In this document: piece by piece, positions 12,701-24,095 of the stretch | How positions within the stretch are numbered: the stretch's first letter is position 1 | How the letters are laid out: each line of letters starts with the position of its first letter | Origin: Tubiluchus corallicola | Lineage: Eukaryota > Animalia > Priapulida | Reading direction: 5' to 3' | DNA length: 64,000 nucleotides | Assembly: GCA_030141605.1 (NCBI GenBank) | Contig: JAQGDQ010000307.1 | Coordinates: 124,001 to 188,000 of the forward strand | Position numbers and translations under genes: made by a program | The notes under the pieces: generated by a model | Databases searched by the model: none | What the model was told of the DNA's origin: nothing | Seen by the model: the letters and a program-made list of their open reading frames with translations, nothing else

Positions 12701-15700
12701 TTTGTCTGTCTTTTTGTTTCTTTTGGAAGACACTGTTAAAAATTATTCACTTTTCCAGCAAACAAAGATATTGCATTTGCAACAAGATGGTTTTACGCCC
12801 AAGTTATAAAATCGATTGCACAGCTTCCCGTCATATTTCAACTGCGGTGGATCATTATTTATAGTTTGCAAACTTATTCCTAAAAGCCAATGCCAGATAG
12901 TGATCCTAAAAGCTAATGCCAGATAGTGATCTATGAAGAATATTGATACCTTGGCAGTTCGCCTTCCCCCTCTCCACAAACACACACCCTCACACACATG
13001 CAGTTAGTAACCTATGTTCTCTGTTTCGAAGCTAACAGATGTGCATGTAAACTGAGTTGTAGATTGTATAAATCTTATGCATTCAATTGCATAAAAAAGA
13101 TTCAAGTTCGATGGTTAAATGTAAGTGATTTTTGTGCAGAAAATTGGCTAAGAATTTTAAGGAAGGTGTGCATATAAAAAAAGAAGACAAAGGACAATTT
13201 CTGCAGCAATTATTCCCAGGAAAAGTGATGATTCTTGAAAACGGCACACGCAGTTGCTCACGAATAAAATGCCTTTCAATCTAGCTTTCATTTTTCCTAT
13301 TATTTTGAGACTACAGCTATTTATTATAGATTTAGTTTTTTTCAAAAGTACTTGAAAATGTCTTTATATATTCACAGTCCTGAAAAGGATGTAAAGTATC
13401 CACTGAAACTCATTTCATCAATATATATTACCAGAAATGTATAATTTGTTATAGTTTGAAATGTCCATTATTGCCCTGTGCAAAAAATACGGAGTGACAT
13501 GTTATTCTTAAATAAGTTTATAACATTAACATTAATTCTTTAAGGTGCCTAATTTCATGCATATTTGTTAACTTCATAATCCAAACCTTAGTGTCCACTA
13601 ATCCATTATGCTATATTTATTTTATAACGAGTTGGAGCAGCAGACTCGACGACCTGTATGGCCCCTCACTGCCCTTTCTCACGTGCCACTAATATGTTGT
13701 CTTCCCCAATTGTAATTGTTGATTTGTTGCATTATGTGCTTGAGAGACACAACCCTTGCCTGCCCCAAGTCATATAAGTTATCTTTGTGTCTTCACCTCA
13801 GCTACCCTGACTTTATGTATAAGACTGCAAAGACACATAAACACAAAGTTTTGAAATAATGAGTATAATAAAAAGCAATCAAACCTCGACAAAATACTTT
13901 GTCACAGTCTTAACTTCCTCATTAGTAGTTTTGTAGAGTTTCACGGCTGTAGGTATCGTTGCAGTATGAACCAAATTGTAGCTATAATTAAACAAAAATC
14001 GCTATTAAAGCAACTGCAGTAAAAACAAGAAATAACATTTGCCTGACAACTACGTAATTATAGTTTAGACATTTTATATCAAGGCAGAGATACAACACTG
14101 CAAACTTTTGCAGTGTGCAATGCTGTACATATAATGGTTTTAAAATTAATATTTTTAGTAATCCATAAAAAAATTAATATTTCTGATAAACCTAGTGCTC
14201 TCACTTCTGATTACGAATAATTGCATCAAAGTTATTGCATCATCAATATGTACAAATTAAGCAAACAACTTTAGTAAGTTATTTTACAACTCTTTTAATA
14301 AAGTTGTACACCTTCATAATAAAAACTATGCACTAATGGGTAAAACTGGGATTTATAAAATATACATTACATCATAGAAATCCTTAAAAGACTAAACAAA
14401 ATTTTATTGTTATAGTCAGTTGCATAGTCTACTCTAGCGTGAGAAGGGCACAAGAAAACATAAAGCTTTTTTGGTTAAAAAGTATTTTAATACTAATTCA
14501 AATGAATGTACTTGGCAAAGAACAAAATGCGTGCAGTATGTGCATAAAACATGTGTGAGTGGAAGGCTGGTTTTCTAATGTACATGATGGAAAAAACCTA
14601 TGTGATTCTACCCACATCACCAACGTGTAAAATTCATGTTTTGTAATAAATGTTTTTTATTTACATCCTTCTTGTAGAAAGCCATTCATTTAAATACTAA
14701 GTTATTAGTGCAGTTGCTGAAACTTACACAGAAATTCCAAGATCAAGACCTTCACCTAGATGGAACTTCACTCGTCCTATTGAGCGCTTCTTATGGTCCT
14801 TACTAAGTATACGTGTAAGCAGTTCTTCGAACACTTCAGACGGATCTGGTAGTCGTGTCTGGTCATCATCCGCATTGAATATCAAATCCTGCATGGAAGT
14901 AATAATAATTGTATGTTGAATGTTCTAAATTTGTTAATTGGTTATAGGCGTTGCAAGCATTAAGCCTCCCCAAAAAACAAAATGTTGATCCTACTAACAG
15001 TTTTTACTCTACTCACACAAAATTAACATGAATGCTACTGAACTGCTTGTAATAACACAGGACAGTGAATATTATATAGTGCAATAGTTCACTATAGCTT
15101 ATAGAGTTTACGGTTGAATTAGGCATCATTTGCATTTGTATGGGTCGTCATCTGCACTCGTTTTTCAACGGTACACATAGAAAAACTTGTTGGCATATTC
15201 TAGTACAGTGTTTCGACCATGTAAGACGTTATATGCCAGAAATCTGGTGAGTTTTTCATCAAGTATTTTCTTTCATTTAATTTATTTCAAAAATCTAGCA
15301 CGTTGGTCACACTCATGTCAAAACATGTAATATTTTAAAACGCAAATTTTAAGAAGGCGCAAGATTCATGGTTCGTAACTGCAAGTGCAAAGATTCTGGC
15401 CTACAGTGTCAGGTGCAGTACACTAAACACAAGATTACTGGCCAATAGCAGAAATTCAGACGGGACCATACGTTGAAACAAATATCATGACTAGAACATA
15501 AAAAACAGCACAAGACTTCATTCAAGATTGTTTGACATACTAGTTACACTACCTTGTAAAATTTAGCCATATCAAATTTCTGTTGAGGTGCCTGCATGTG
15601 TAATAATTCCAAATCGATTCCAATATCAAACAAATCTTGTGCCTTCTGTTTGGCTTGTCTCTATAAAAAAGATAAAAATAAGATGTACTTTACAGCAGCC

Positions 15701-18700
15701 TTCACAGTACACAATGTTCATTATAACCAAATGCGTGCCTGAATACCAAACCAGTAGTGCCAAATACACTTATTGAGTTAAATAATGATTAATCAGTCAA
15801 AAATGGTGTGAGCTGGTGTACTGTAACTTTTTAGAAGAACTGTGCAATTGAAGTCTTGTATCACTCTTATATTGCAAAAATTATATCTCGCATTTTAGCC
15901 AATCAGAAGTGTGGAAGTTTAAACTAGTTGAACCACAGAACTTTGTTCCCTGATCAATAAATCTGTTCTTTTCAAAATTCTGGTACAGTCTCAACTCCAT
16001 GTTGCATAACTACCAACAGACACATAAATTCTCTTTTTTGCAGCCATACCAATTGGGATTTGAGGAAGCAACAGCAGCCATTAAGTTGGCATGCTCAAAA
16101 GGATGATATCAAATTAAAACCATCAGCAAGAAATTCAGCGTGAATAGACAGTGAAAGACGTTGTCATCCTTCCTGGTCTTCAGACTTCAAACTGCAACTT
16201 TTGGATCAAGTTTCAGGCAAAAAGCAACAACTGTGAAAAGTGCTGAATGACCATAGATTTAAACAAAGAGCCTTTGGACTGATTCAAATCCAGACTTCAT
16301 TTCAACTTTTTTTCAGATTTCCTTCTTTCTGGTCAACTTCTGTTTCAAAATTTTAATAAATGTAAGTAGGCTTTTATACCTCACAATGTTTAAATTAAGA
16401 TTATAAAGATTACTCACAAGTATTTCTAGGCTCTGCCACAAAGTAGTTTTTATACTTTAGTGCTCTGCAAGTCGGTGCAAAAGTGCTGCCTACTTAATGT
16501 CGATGATGTGGCAAGACTAGCAGCTAGTTATCAAGGCTAACTACGTCACTGAACCAACAACAAACGTGATTCAGCTACGTTCAGATATTTTTCTCTCTCA
16601 ATGAGGTAAATTACTGGGACTGAAACTACCCAGAGCCAATCTTCCCTGGGGCCACCCATCCATTTACTGACAAGGCACAACTTTGCTTAACTTCAGTCAC
16701 AAAAGTCATGCCACGACCAATCAGCTACTGCAAATAAAAAGTTGTAAAAATACAAATAAGAATTAAACTAATTTGTTAGTGATTACTCTTGCATAAGCTA
16801 ACTGATTCTTAAAATGTTATCAGGAAATACTTGACTTAGTTATAACATTTGGAAGTCCTAGCTTGATCACTTGGAGCTAAATGGTCTATTGGTCACAACA
16901 CTGGACTTACAATGTAAATGGCCCGATTCATTCGCTATCTCAACATTCCAACATTTTCACATTTCAACAAGTTTGGTTTAACAAATTTAATAAATGTGAG
17001 CTTACGCTACCATTAATTGAACAATCCTCAGTTAAATTTCATTTTATTTAATTAATTAATTATTCATAAGTTAGTTATTCAGGTTAAAGTAATCTCCAAT
17101 CATTGGAATAATTTTTGTATATTTAAAGCATAGAAGAGGGAAAGTCAAAACTTTTTCACATTATGTTTTGAGATCAAATTTAGTTTAAAAAAATTAATTT
17201 TGTAGGATTACATCAATGCTAAATGATGATCCTAAAACTAAAATTACAAATTATAAAGTAGCCTTCATAAGAAATAGTTGGCTGGCACATTTCAAAATCA
17301 GTAACAATGACCAATGAGGAAAAATAAATTTTGTAATTTATACAAATTTTGTCATTTATATTTTTTGGAAGTGTTTATAAAAATAAACACTCAACACGAA
17401 ATGAATAAAAAAATCCAACAGTAAATATAGAGTCATGGCTTACTTATAATTTCTTTAAACGTGATTTGCATGAAACTGATTAACTACTTTAATTGAATGA
17501 AACCTAATACAAGTATACAAACCAACCCTCAGCTGTGAAATGTCGCCATGCGGGTTGTCTTCATTTGTGAATAGCATGATTCGTTTGTGACCCAGTTTCT
17601 TAGTGCTGCAAAGGAACACTATTTTAAGTGGATTATATTGAAAGTAAAAAAAGCTCCATAATCAGTTACATCTTATTATTAAAAAATGCAGTTGAAAAGC
17701 ATGTCAAAAAGCACGTGTCCGCGTAAAATTAATTGACTTGGTCAGTGTAATTATATTTGACCACCACATCGATAAATAATTTTTTTAGTAATGGCCTTTG
17801 TAATTATTGCGCTATGTAATTTGCAATAAAAAGACAACCTCATATGCTCTCATAAATGGTCAAATTTAAAACTTCAAAATTAGAAAATGAAGATAAAAAA
17901 TATTGTCGGATATCTACAAAAAAATCATTGGTTATGTAACTGTAGGCAACAAGCTATTCTAAATGCAGTAGCGAACTGGAGATGCCACAATAATTATATG
18001 CAAACCAAAGTTTACAATTATTTATATGAAACTTAAAAAAGTTTTTTCATAAATTTCTATCTAAAATGTACACCACAAAACGTTTTATTTGTGAACTGAA
18101 AAGCAACTGACAGATATGGACAGTTTATGCATGGTACACTATCACATTCAAACTATAAAAATGTAGATTACACTGAGCATTGCACAAACATTATATCTGT
18201 TTGACACGAGGCAGTTTGCATTCACCTTTCAAAACCCTTTGTTTACTGTTCTTTTTTGTTTTTGTCATCATTTCCAACTGCCCCAGGGCTTTAAAAGGTA
18301 AAAGGTATTCAAGTACTGCTCAAAGCCAAGATGAATCAGGGTCATGGGTGAATAGGCCAGTTCACCATTTGGTCTGAGATCACACAAAATTAACTCAATT
18401 TCTTCTCTAATTCACACTAGTAAAAATAAAGATCAAGAAGCAAATGAAATTGAACCAAATTACCTAACATAGGCTAATGCAAACTGACCAATTTACGATC
18501 AGAGCAAATGCACAATGCAGTCTTGAGTCACTCTAGATTTACTAATGTAATTCGAGATCTTTAAAAATTGCAAATTTATAGGTATGTGATATTAAAATTT
18601 TTACAATGTTAAATACCAAAATGCCAATACCGGCAATATTATAAAAATCATCTTTATTAGTACAGACAAATCCACAGCCGAATAGTCGAAACATTTCACA

Positions 18701-21700
18701 TAATCCACTACGTAAAATAAACAAAAAAAGAATAGATAAGATCCATACAAAATGCAATGTTCTATGCAAGATTTCTTTCATTTTTTGTAGATTCGTCTGC
18801 ATTTTTTGTATTTTTGGTGTTTTGTGTAACTGAGTGGTGATGGGAATGTGAAGTACCTGAAATGTTTTATCTATTTCTGTTAAAAAAGATGATTTTCATA
18901 ATATCGCTGGTAATGGTATTTTTGATTCGGACAAAATTCGTACCACTTAGAGAATATTGAAGCGCACACCCATAGTGCATCGCTGAGAGAATATCCATTG
19001 CTATGACCAAAAGGAAATGTGTCAGTATCGTTATTCCCATTTTCCAATAAATTTTCTAGTTGTTTTATTTTCTCAGCAGATGGTTGGTCCAAATCTTGAA
19101 ACACATAGATGTGTTTGAAATCAACTGTGTTATTTCCTTGTGCCTGTAAAAATCCACAAATAAATCCTTGCTGAATAGCCCCAATGCATTTTTCCTACTT
19201 ACAAGCTCACCTATTGCAAAATTTATAAACTAAGAAATCAACAGCCAATTTTGAGCCATTTTTGACAGTCTTTGTAGCAATTCTTATCTTATGTAATTAC
19301 ATACGCAATGTTACAATAAACGAAGGCAAACTACTAAACCAAGCTTCTGTTCTAAACTAAGAGAAATGAAACATTTCTCTAACTCTCTGCCAAAAAAAAC
19401 AAAATTTCTAACAAATTTTCATTCTGATGCAATTTTAGGTGTTAGTCAATAAGCGCGACTTTTTTTAAAATAGTGAATGCTAGTATTTCGTGCTGCCATT
19501 TCGTATTCTAAAAAATTTGCCAGCAAAACATGGATTTAACATCAGTATGATAAAACTTAGATGACATTAGTGAAATAACCCTCGTTCAACTATTCTGTTA
19601 CAAAAATGCTTTAGAATTTTATTTCAACTCATTTCTGTGTTAAGTGAGAGTTAAGAGAAAGAGATAGTAAAACGATAAAGAAGTATTCCAGGCCTCATAG
19701 TATGAGGCCTGAGCTGCTAGTATAAGGCAGCGCTGAGTGCTAAACAAAATGTTCAAGGCAATCTAATGAGGTAAGTTACCTTTGTGCTTGAACAGACAGT
19801 TTCACATTTCCTTCCAGATTTGTCTGTTGAATTCTACGGAGCTAAGGTCCTTAAAAATGGTACCTAATCTGCAGTTTTTATGACAATCATTGGTGTCGGG
19901 AAACCATGACTAGTATGGCATATATAAAGAGCATTACATTTATATGTTAACCTTTGTAGTCAATATATCCAGAATAGTATGTGAAGCAACTGTAGAACAT
20001 CAGGTAAGGAAAGTAGGAAACATATTCAGCTGTGAACTATGCAGAAAATACACTCATAAGCAAATAAATAAGAAATAACATACATTCCATACTAATTTAA
20101 GCAAGAAACTACATACCGTTGCATAGAAAACTATAGCCATCAAGTCTCTGTCACTGCTCACTATCTTGTTCATCATAACATTCTTCACACACTGCAAGTT
20201 ACAACGAAACAAAAGCTAGTTTTATAATTATGCTCTTAACATTTTCTATAATCTAAGGAGCAGGCTTCCCTAGAGATATTGTATCCCTATGTATAAAACA
20301 GAAATGTTAAAATTTATTAACTTTATCATAGCATCAAAACGAGATATTAAATGGGTCACTTATTTATTATAATTTCAAAATAATTATCTTTGATCACACA
20401 CCAATTAAAAATAAATTTGGAATATCTTGAGTAATGCCCCAATGATTTTATCTCAGTTGCTGTTAGAAGAGAGCTGTTAAAGGTTCCCCACACACCACTC
20501 CTTAGTATTTCAGGCTTTAAACCACAAAAGGAGGAGTAGGGTGGAACAAATAAAAAACAAAATTCAATGGTACAAGATCAATAAACAATAATAACTGATG
20601 AAAACTGCCAAAATGACAAAAATCTGACATCAATTCATCTGACATCAATCTCATTCACGCTCTGAAACAAACAATTAACACTGTTATTTTGAAATGATCG
20701 ATCCGTGTTCAATAATCAATCATTCTATGCATCTTGAGAAAAAAGAACTGAAAAAACAAGAGAAAAAAATCTAGTCGTTACATGAACCAAAACGGCCAAA
20801 CTTCACTAGTATTACTGACTACAATAATTTATTATGATACAGAGCTTCTATCATCCAATCACTTTTGAAAACAATACAATTATGTATGAAATGTGAATAA
20901 AATGAAATGATAACAGTGTGGCCTAGGCTCAAAGTGATGCACCACAGACTAAAAATATATCCAGAACGTCCCAAACATTTTATGGGACACTCTTAATACC
21001 CTGAGACACTTTTTAAACTTGGTCTTCAATAGCAAATATAAATGGAAAGTAAAATAACATGACAATAAATGGAAATTAGTATGACGTGACATCTTAATAA
21101 GAATATCACCAAATTACATGTAATACCATTTTCTGTTTCGACACACTCGTAAGTACTACGGATAAGATAAGATGTGTTTGGGATGTTGCTCAATGCGATA
21201 ACATAGGTCAGGACAGTTATTAGTGGGACAGAATATGATGAAACAGAACAAGAACACAACAGACAAAGAAGAAAGGGCAGAACAGGACAGGACAGGAAAA
21301 GGTGGAACAAAAACAGAAGCAGAGTTTGATCATTTTTATACATTCAAACAATTTAACCACAAGTGACAAATTTCAATTAAGATGTACACTTGCCATAATT
21401 GCCAAGTCGAAGAGACTGCGCAAATTCCTTTCCGGGTCAACATTGTTATTGGCAAACATAGCAATAGAACAGTCAACTAAAAACACAATGCTATCCCGTT
21501 GTGCAAACTGAAACTAATTCAAAAAGACTTACAGATAACTCAAATAACAAATTAGATACAAATTTCACGGCAATAAAGAAAGTCAGTTGATACAGAGTAC
21601 CTTCTGACTTCATTGCAACAACGCACATCATTATTAAAATAATCATAACACATAAATAAATTCATATCACTACTACTCATTATAAGTGCTTAATTTTTAC

Positions 21701-23890
21701 TACAGGCATTTACTATGAAACAAATGTAGAATAAGTGCACCATATGTCAATTACAGCATAATAAGTCCATACTGTAGCACGCAATGACATAAAGCGTACA
21801 TGTATCTTTCACATTAGCTCAAAAAATCTAATAACTAAGTAGGCATTTTTATTCACCTTATACATTAGGTTCGAAAATCATTGGATGGATATCCTGGAAA
21901 TCCTAATATAAGGTAGTCCTGAAAACCCCAGTATTACAATCTAATACAAAGACATTTGGACAAAGGGTGTTTTGTCGCAAAACATTTTGGCAGGCAGTCT
22001 TGGAGTTTCAGTTTACAGTTTTGTTACAGTTGGTTATGGTTTTGGACACGAGCAGTTTAGAATTTAGACACATGACGTTTGGACACCTGTGTCATTTGGA
22101 CACAAGGTACTTTTGGACATATAGGTAATTTGACAGCAAGGTATTTTGGACCATAGGCTATTTGACATATCAAGGTAATTTGGTGACAAAGTGATTTGGT
22201 CACGTTATTCATACAGACATATAGGCCAGTTAGACGTAGGTGTTCTTGACACACATAATTTGGACATATGGGCCATTATTCGTGTTTTTGCCACATAAGA
22301 TACTTAGACATTAGGTGTTTTGCACACAAGACATAGTATAGAGAACTAGACACTTTTGAAAATAGACACTTAAATGCATATCGCTTAATTTCTGCTGGCC
22401 AAAATTTGGGAATCCTCATTTGTGGTAGCCTCAATGACACTTCATTTTTAAGTTAAATAAGTTAAATATTCAACCAAATCAATACTGCTATGTGCCAAAT
22501 TCACATTTCTACTTAGGTTTCGCGACAGAAAAAAGTACGGCAACATGGTTGACTACATGCTTAATAATTTGAACAACTTTGTTCAGTGAAGAGCTAGTGC
22601 ATACTCTATAAGAAACTCAAAAGTTTCAATGAGCAGTATATCGTATTATGATCGAGTATTGATTACAGTGTGATCAGTTCTCAGAAAAGTAGCCATGTAC
22701 ATTGTTTCCAGTGAAGCTATGCTTGCAAATGTCAGCTTGAGGCAACTGCAATTGTAACTGTTGCAAGAACACTGAAATTTATTTGCACCTGAATCCACTG
22801 TGGTTAAGCGGCAAAATTCTTCATCACACATTAAAGTTTTTTAATTACTCATTTTGATCATTTGTAAGGAAAAACGTTACGGGAAAGAATTTTCTTCCCA
22901 CGTTCATTGTTAGTTAATACCTAACAGCTCAAGAAATCATGTCACATGCACGTTATCTGTCATAATTGTTGTACTGTACCTGTCGTTTCTGTCACTGTCA
23001 CAGCAATACTGCAGCTACCCTCGCTGCATGCCAATATCCGCATGTTATGAAACACCTTAGTAGTTACAAACTTTTTAACCTGCAGACTGCAATTACAGTT
23101 GAATGAGCTGATTCGAGGTAGCGAGAAAAAGAATCTTGTTCAAAACAGATAATACATCATGTGCTTGATCCAGGGGCTGGGTTTTTTTTGAAACATCAGA
23201 ACCATCTGTTTGAAAATTAACAATGTTTTAGGTGATGTAATTACATTTTAGAATCAAGTATGGCCAAAACAAAGAAAATAAGAAGTCTGGACTGAACTGA
23301 ATTTGAAATAGTGTCCCTACCTCATAGTCATAGCAGAATAATGTGTCAAAGTTATGTATGTTTTGACTTTCAAAATGATTTATGTATGATACCTATGTTA
23401 CCTGTTATCATGGATTCTTTGGAAAGCTGTTTAACTTTAGCTGTAGGATGTCAAACTGATGTATGTGACTAGACAAGTGATGACCATTGGAGAATTAATA
23501 CCACAATAGTTATTCTAGTGCTACGGTTAGCCTCAGCAATGCCAGGAGAGTTAGACATAGTTTTCGGCAATTGTGCATGAAAATGCAGTGCAGTAACAAG
23601 TAATTAACCATAATCTAAAAAATACTGGAGAATCTAACGTAATTTTTGCATTAGGCCTACTTCGTTATTGCGACCTCGAACCACCTACTTAATTTGATTG
23701 AAATTTTTTTCCATTTGGTCGCCTACTTTATATTTAATAATACTACATGTCTCTTTACTGTTACCTTTCACCTTTATTGGCTTTAAAGCACTGTGACACT
23801 ATGCTCAGTCTAATTCACCTGTAATTTTTGATCGTCTTCATCACCATTATCATCGTCACCATCTGCACCGGGCCAGTTCCAATCAGACAT
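561..23890 (-). CDS. XRCC6: Ku70 (X-ray repair cross-complementing protein 6), NHEJ DNA end-binding subunit; 3'-partial, C-terminal exons lie beyond position 1
   Basis: Phase-consistent exons: 23890-23819, 21507-21394, 20191-20117, 19143-18944, 17605-17527, 15660-15553, 14888-14728, 13981-13885, 5182-5068, 3557-3469, 2502-2374, 1947-1833, 1285-1202, 638-561 (~505 codons). Translation has Ku70 hallmarks: [106 protein letters not shown]. Confidence 0.97.
3558..3729. repeat. Tandem duplication (~72-bp unit, 101-bp offset) of the Ku70 exon 10 splice acceptor
   Basis: ctgcataaa..aacattagatcca..taaagttgttt..actg.ttatagttaaaataaattattacaca occurs at 3558 and again at 3659. Confidence 0.9.
4040..4210. 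mobile_element. ~170-bp MITE, PIF/Harbinger-like
   Basis: About 29-bp terminal inverted repeats (tggcacgttcagacgtagagacttctctc and gagagaagtctctatgtctgaacatgcca, 2 mismatches), flanked by TCA/TTA resembling a TWA target-site duplication. Confidence 0.75.
4211..4890. mobile_element. Non-autonomous element with ~148-bp degenerate internal tandem units and a terminal hairpin (Helentron/HINE-like)
   Basis: Unit (c)atcttga(t)tcaaaatgg..aaatccgatt..gcagaattc recurs at ~4302, 4531 and 4678, followed by an AAC-rich run and the stem-loop gtctagact-ataa-agtctcgac at 4861-4882. Confidence 0.5.
7349..7408 (+). mobile_element. Solo pogo/Tigger-like (Tc1-mariner) terminal repeat
   Basis: TA followed by CAGTAGAATCTCTATTATCCGGAC, with three TTATCCGGA subrepeats; no inverted partner found by eye. 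Confidence 0.55.
8798..8945 (-). pseudogene. Decayed THAP zinc-finger coding remnant (transposon-associated type)
   Basis: Reads [38 protein letters not shown], then after a frameshift [11 protein letters not shown]. This fits the [16 protein letters not shown]...KCxxWIxACxRP...VCSKH layout of THAP proteins, with the second Cys, the conserved Trp and the FP segment lost. Confidence 0.6.
9087..9541 (+). pseudogene. GC-richer, coding-like but broken segment divergent from the THAP remnant (possible partner ORF, or 5' exons of the nested gene)
   Basis: ATG at 9087, GTAAGT donor at 9222, open frame 9296-9541. Protein-like stretches alternate between frames ([20 protein letters not shown] and [11 protein letters not shown]), suggesting frameshift decay. 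Confidence 0.3.
9562..9660. repeat. Scrambled micro-repeat patchwork
   Basis: Built from shuffled pieces of ctatgtactaaataaaggtaagact (agactaa, ataaag), with ctatgtactaaataaagg repeated at both ends. Confidence 0.85.
9661..9826. repeat. (TA)n tract, 12-bp hairpin and 82-bp perfect palindrome
   Basis: (TA)n at 9665-9718; taatttgatata/tatatcaaatta at 9724-9750; 9745-9826 equals its own reverse complement. Confidence 0.95.
9911..11149 (+). CDS. Nested uninterrupted 412-aa ORF antisense within Ku70 intron 8; putative ADP-ribosyltransferase-fold protein with C-terminal CaaX (CLIL)
   Basis: 1239-nt open frame in AT-rich intron DNA. Motifs [19 protein letters not shown] (H72), [28 protein letters not shown] and RWDHVTFGF; ends WMCLIL*. 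Candidate splice acceptors at 9835, 9852 and 9880; AATAAA near 11650. Coding status is well supported; the function is inference. Confidence 0.85.
   Translation: MLQQDFNPGPTNLGYSKANWSCGSTRRGATELFYPKMHLRWDKWNDITTDEWNIKYPVIQHSQEFKFTNVRHDTNLHALLNITKEGKFIGKRKRNFGNLSWWSIDITYKLTDVMCDSEINDYCCSPVFRRYSSRYGNYVISYKLSDLITKYGMACCGGKLPRLKVLGTFLYKQQVMHVIVIHPQGIKEFDNYPKVKKTNSMVYLSEETADTWIWKPDSMLSKYNVSVNKKYGILDEKYCRWDHVTFGFYIGDNNIGFGRFEAADVFMHTRNVFLETKPPSHQKSVPCKNVSVEFSRVDTHPILATRIGNEFVEIGEANPRMYSRNDVFQRQCESRPKPPLYACAPPNNGYGLKHGAHPHMHIRSYTFTVEEESHYNSAFCNNAHMHSRRNTVHERSGHPDRNKTSEWMCLIL
16440..16730 (-). mobile_element. Degenerate SINE with composite tRNA-like and 5S rRNA-derived head
   Basis: Minus strand reads gtagctgattgg (tRNA box-A-like), then tgactgaagttaagcaaagttgtgccttgtcagtaaatggatgggtggccccagggaa (16699-16642), matching the 5S internal control region (GAAGTTAAGC...AGTA..TGGATGGGTGACC..GGGAA). 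The remaining 5S sequence is absent. Confidence 0.7.
19689..19721 (+). mobile_element. Possible Helitron 3' terminus
   Basis: Perfect 11-bp hairpin caggcctcata-g-tatgaggcctg, followed 5 nt later by CTAG and T. Confidence 0.45.
21950..22370. repeat. Degenerate short-period repeat array (tttggacac/tttgacat), probably transposon-derived
   Basis: Many imperfect copies of ttt(g)gaca spaced about 15-20 bp apart. Confidence 0.65.
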
Positions 23891-24095
23891 TTTCGTATCC
23901 AAACAATATGTGCTTTTTTAAAATTAGTTTTGTATTATTTTTCGGAAGCACAGAAAATCAGTGGTCATTCTAAATTGTATTACAGGTTAACTGGTTAAAT
24001 TAACACGTGCAACTCTCTGCGCACATTTATTTACCGACTGTATTTCCGGCATAAACAGCATTTCCGGGTCAGAAGCGGCGCTGAAGTAGTAGAAT
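23891..24095. promoter_or_regulatory. Compact bidirectional promoter shared by Ku70 and the plus-strand gene
   Basis: Only 205 bp between the divergent ATGs. ETS-type TTCCGG at ~24044 and ~24062 and CGGAAG at ~23943; YY1-like AATATGGC overlaps the ATGs at 24096 and 24222. Confidence 0.75.

Noticed and set aside
16642-16699. Functional 5S rRNA gene
   Set aside because: Only the central ~58 nt match, with many substitutions; the 5' and 3' stems are missing.
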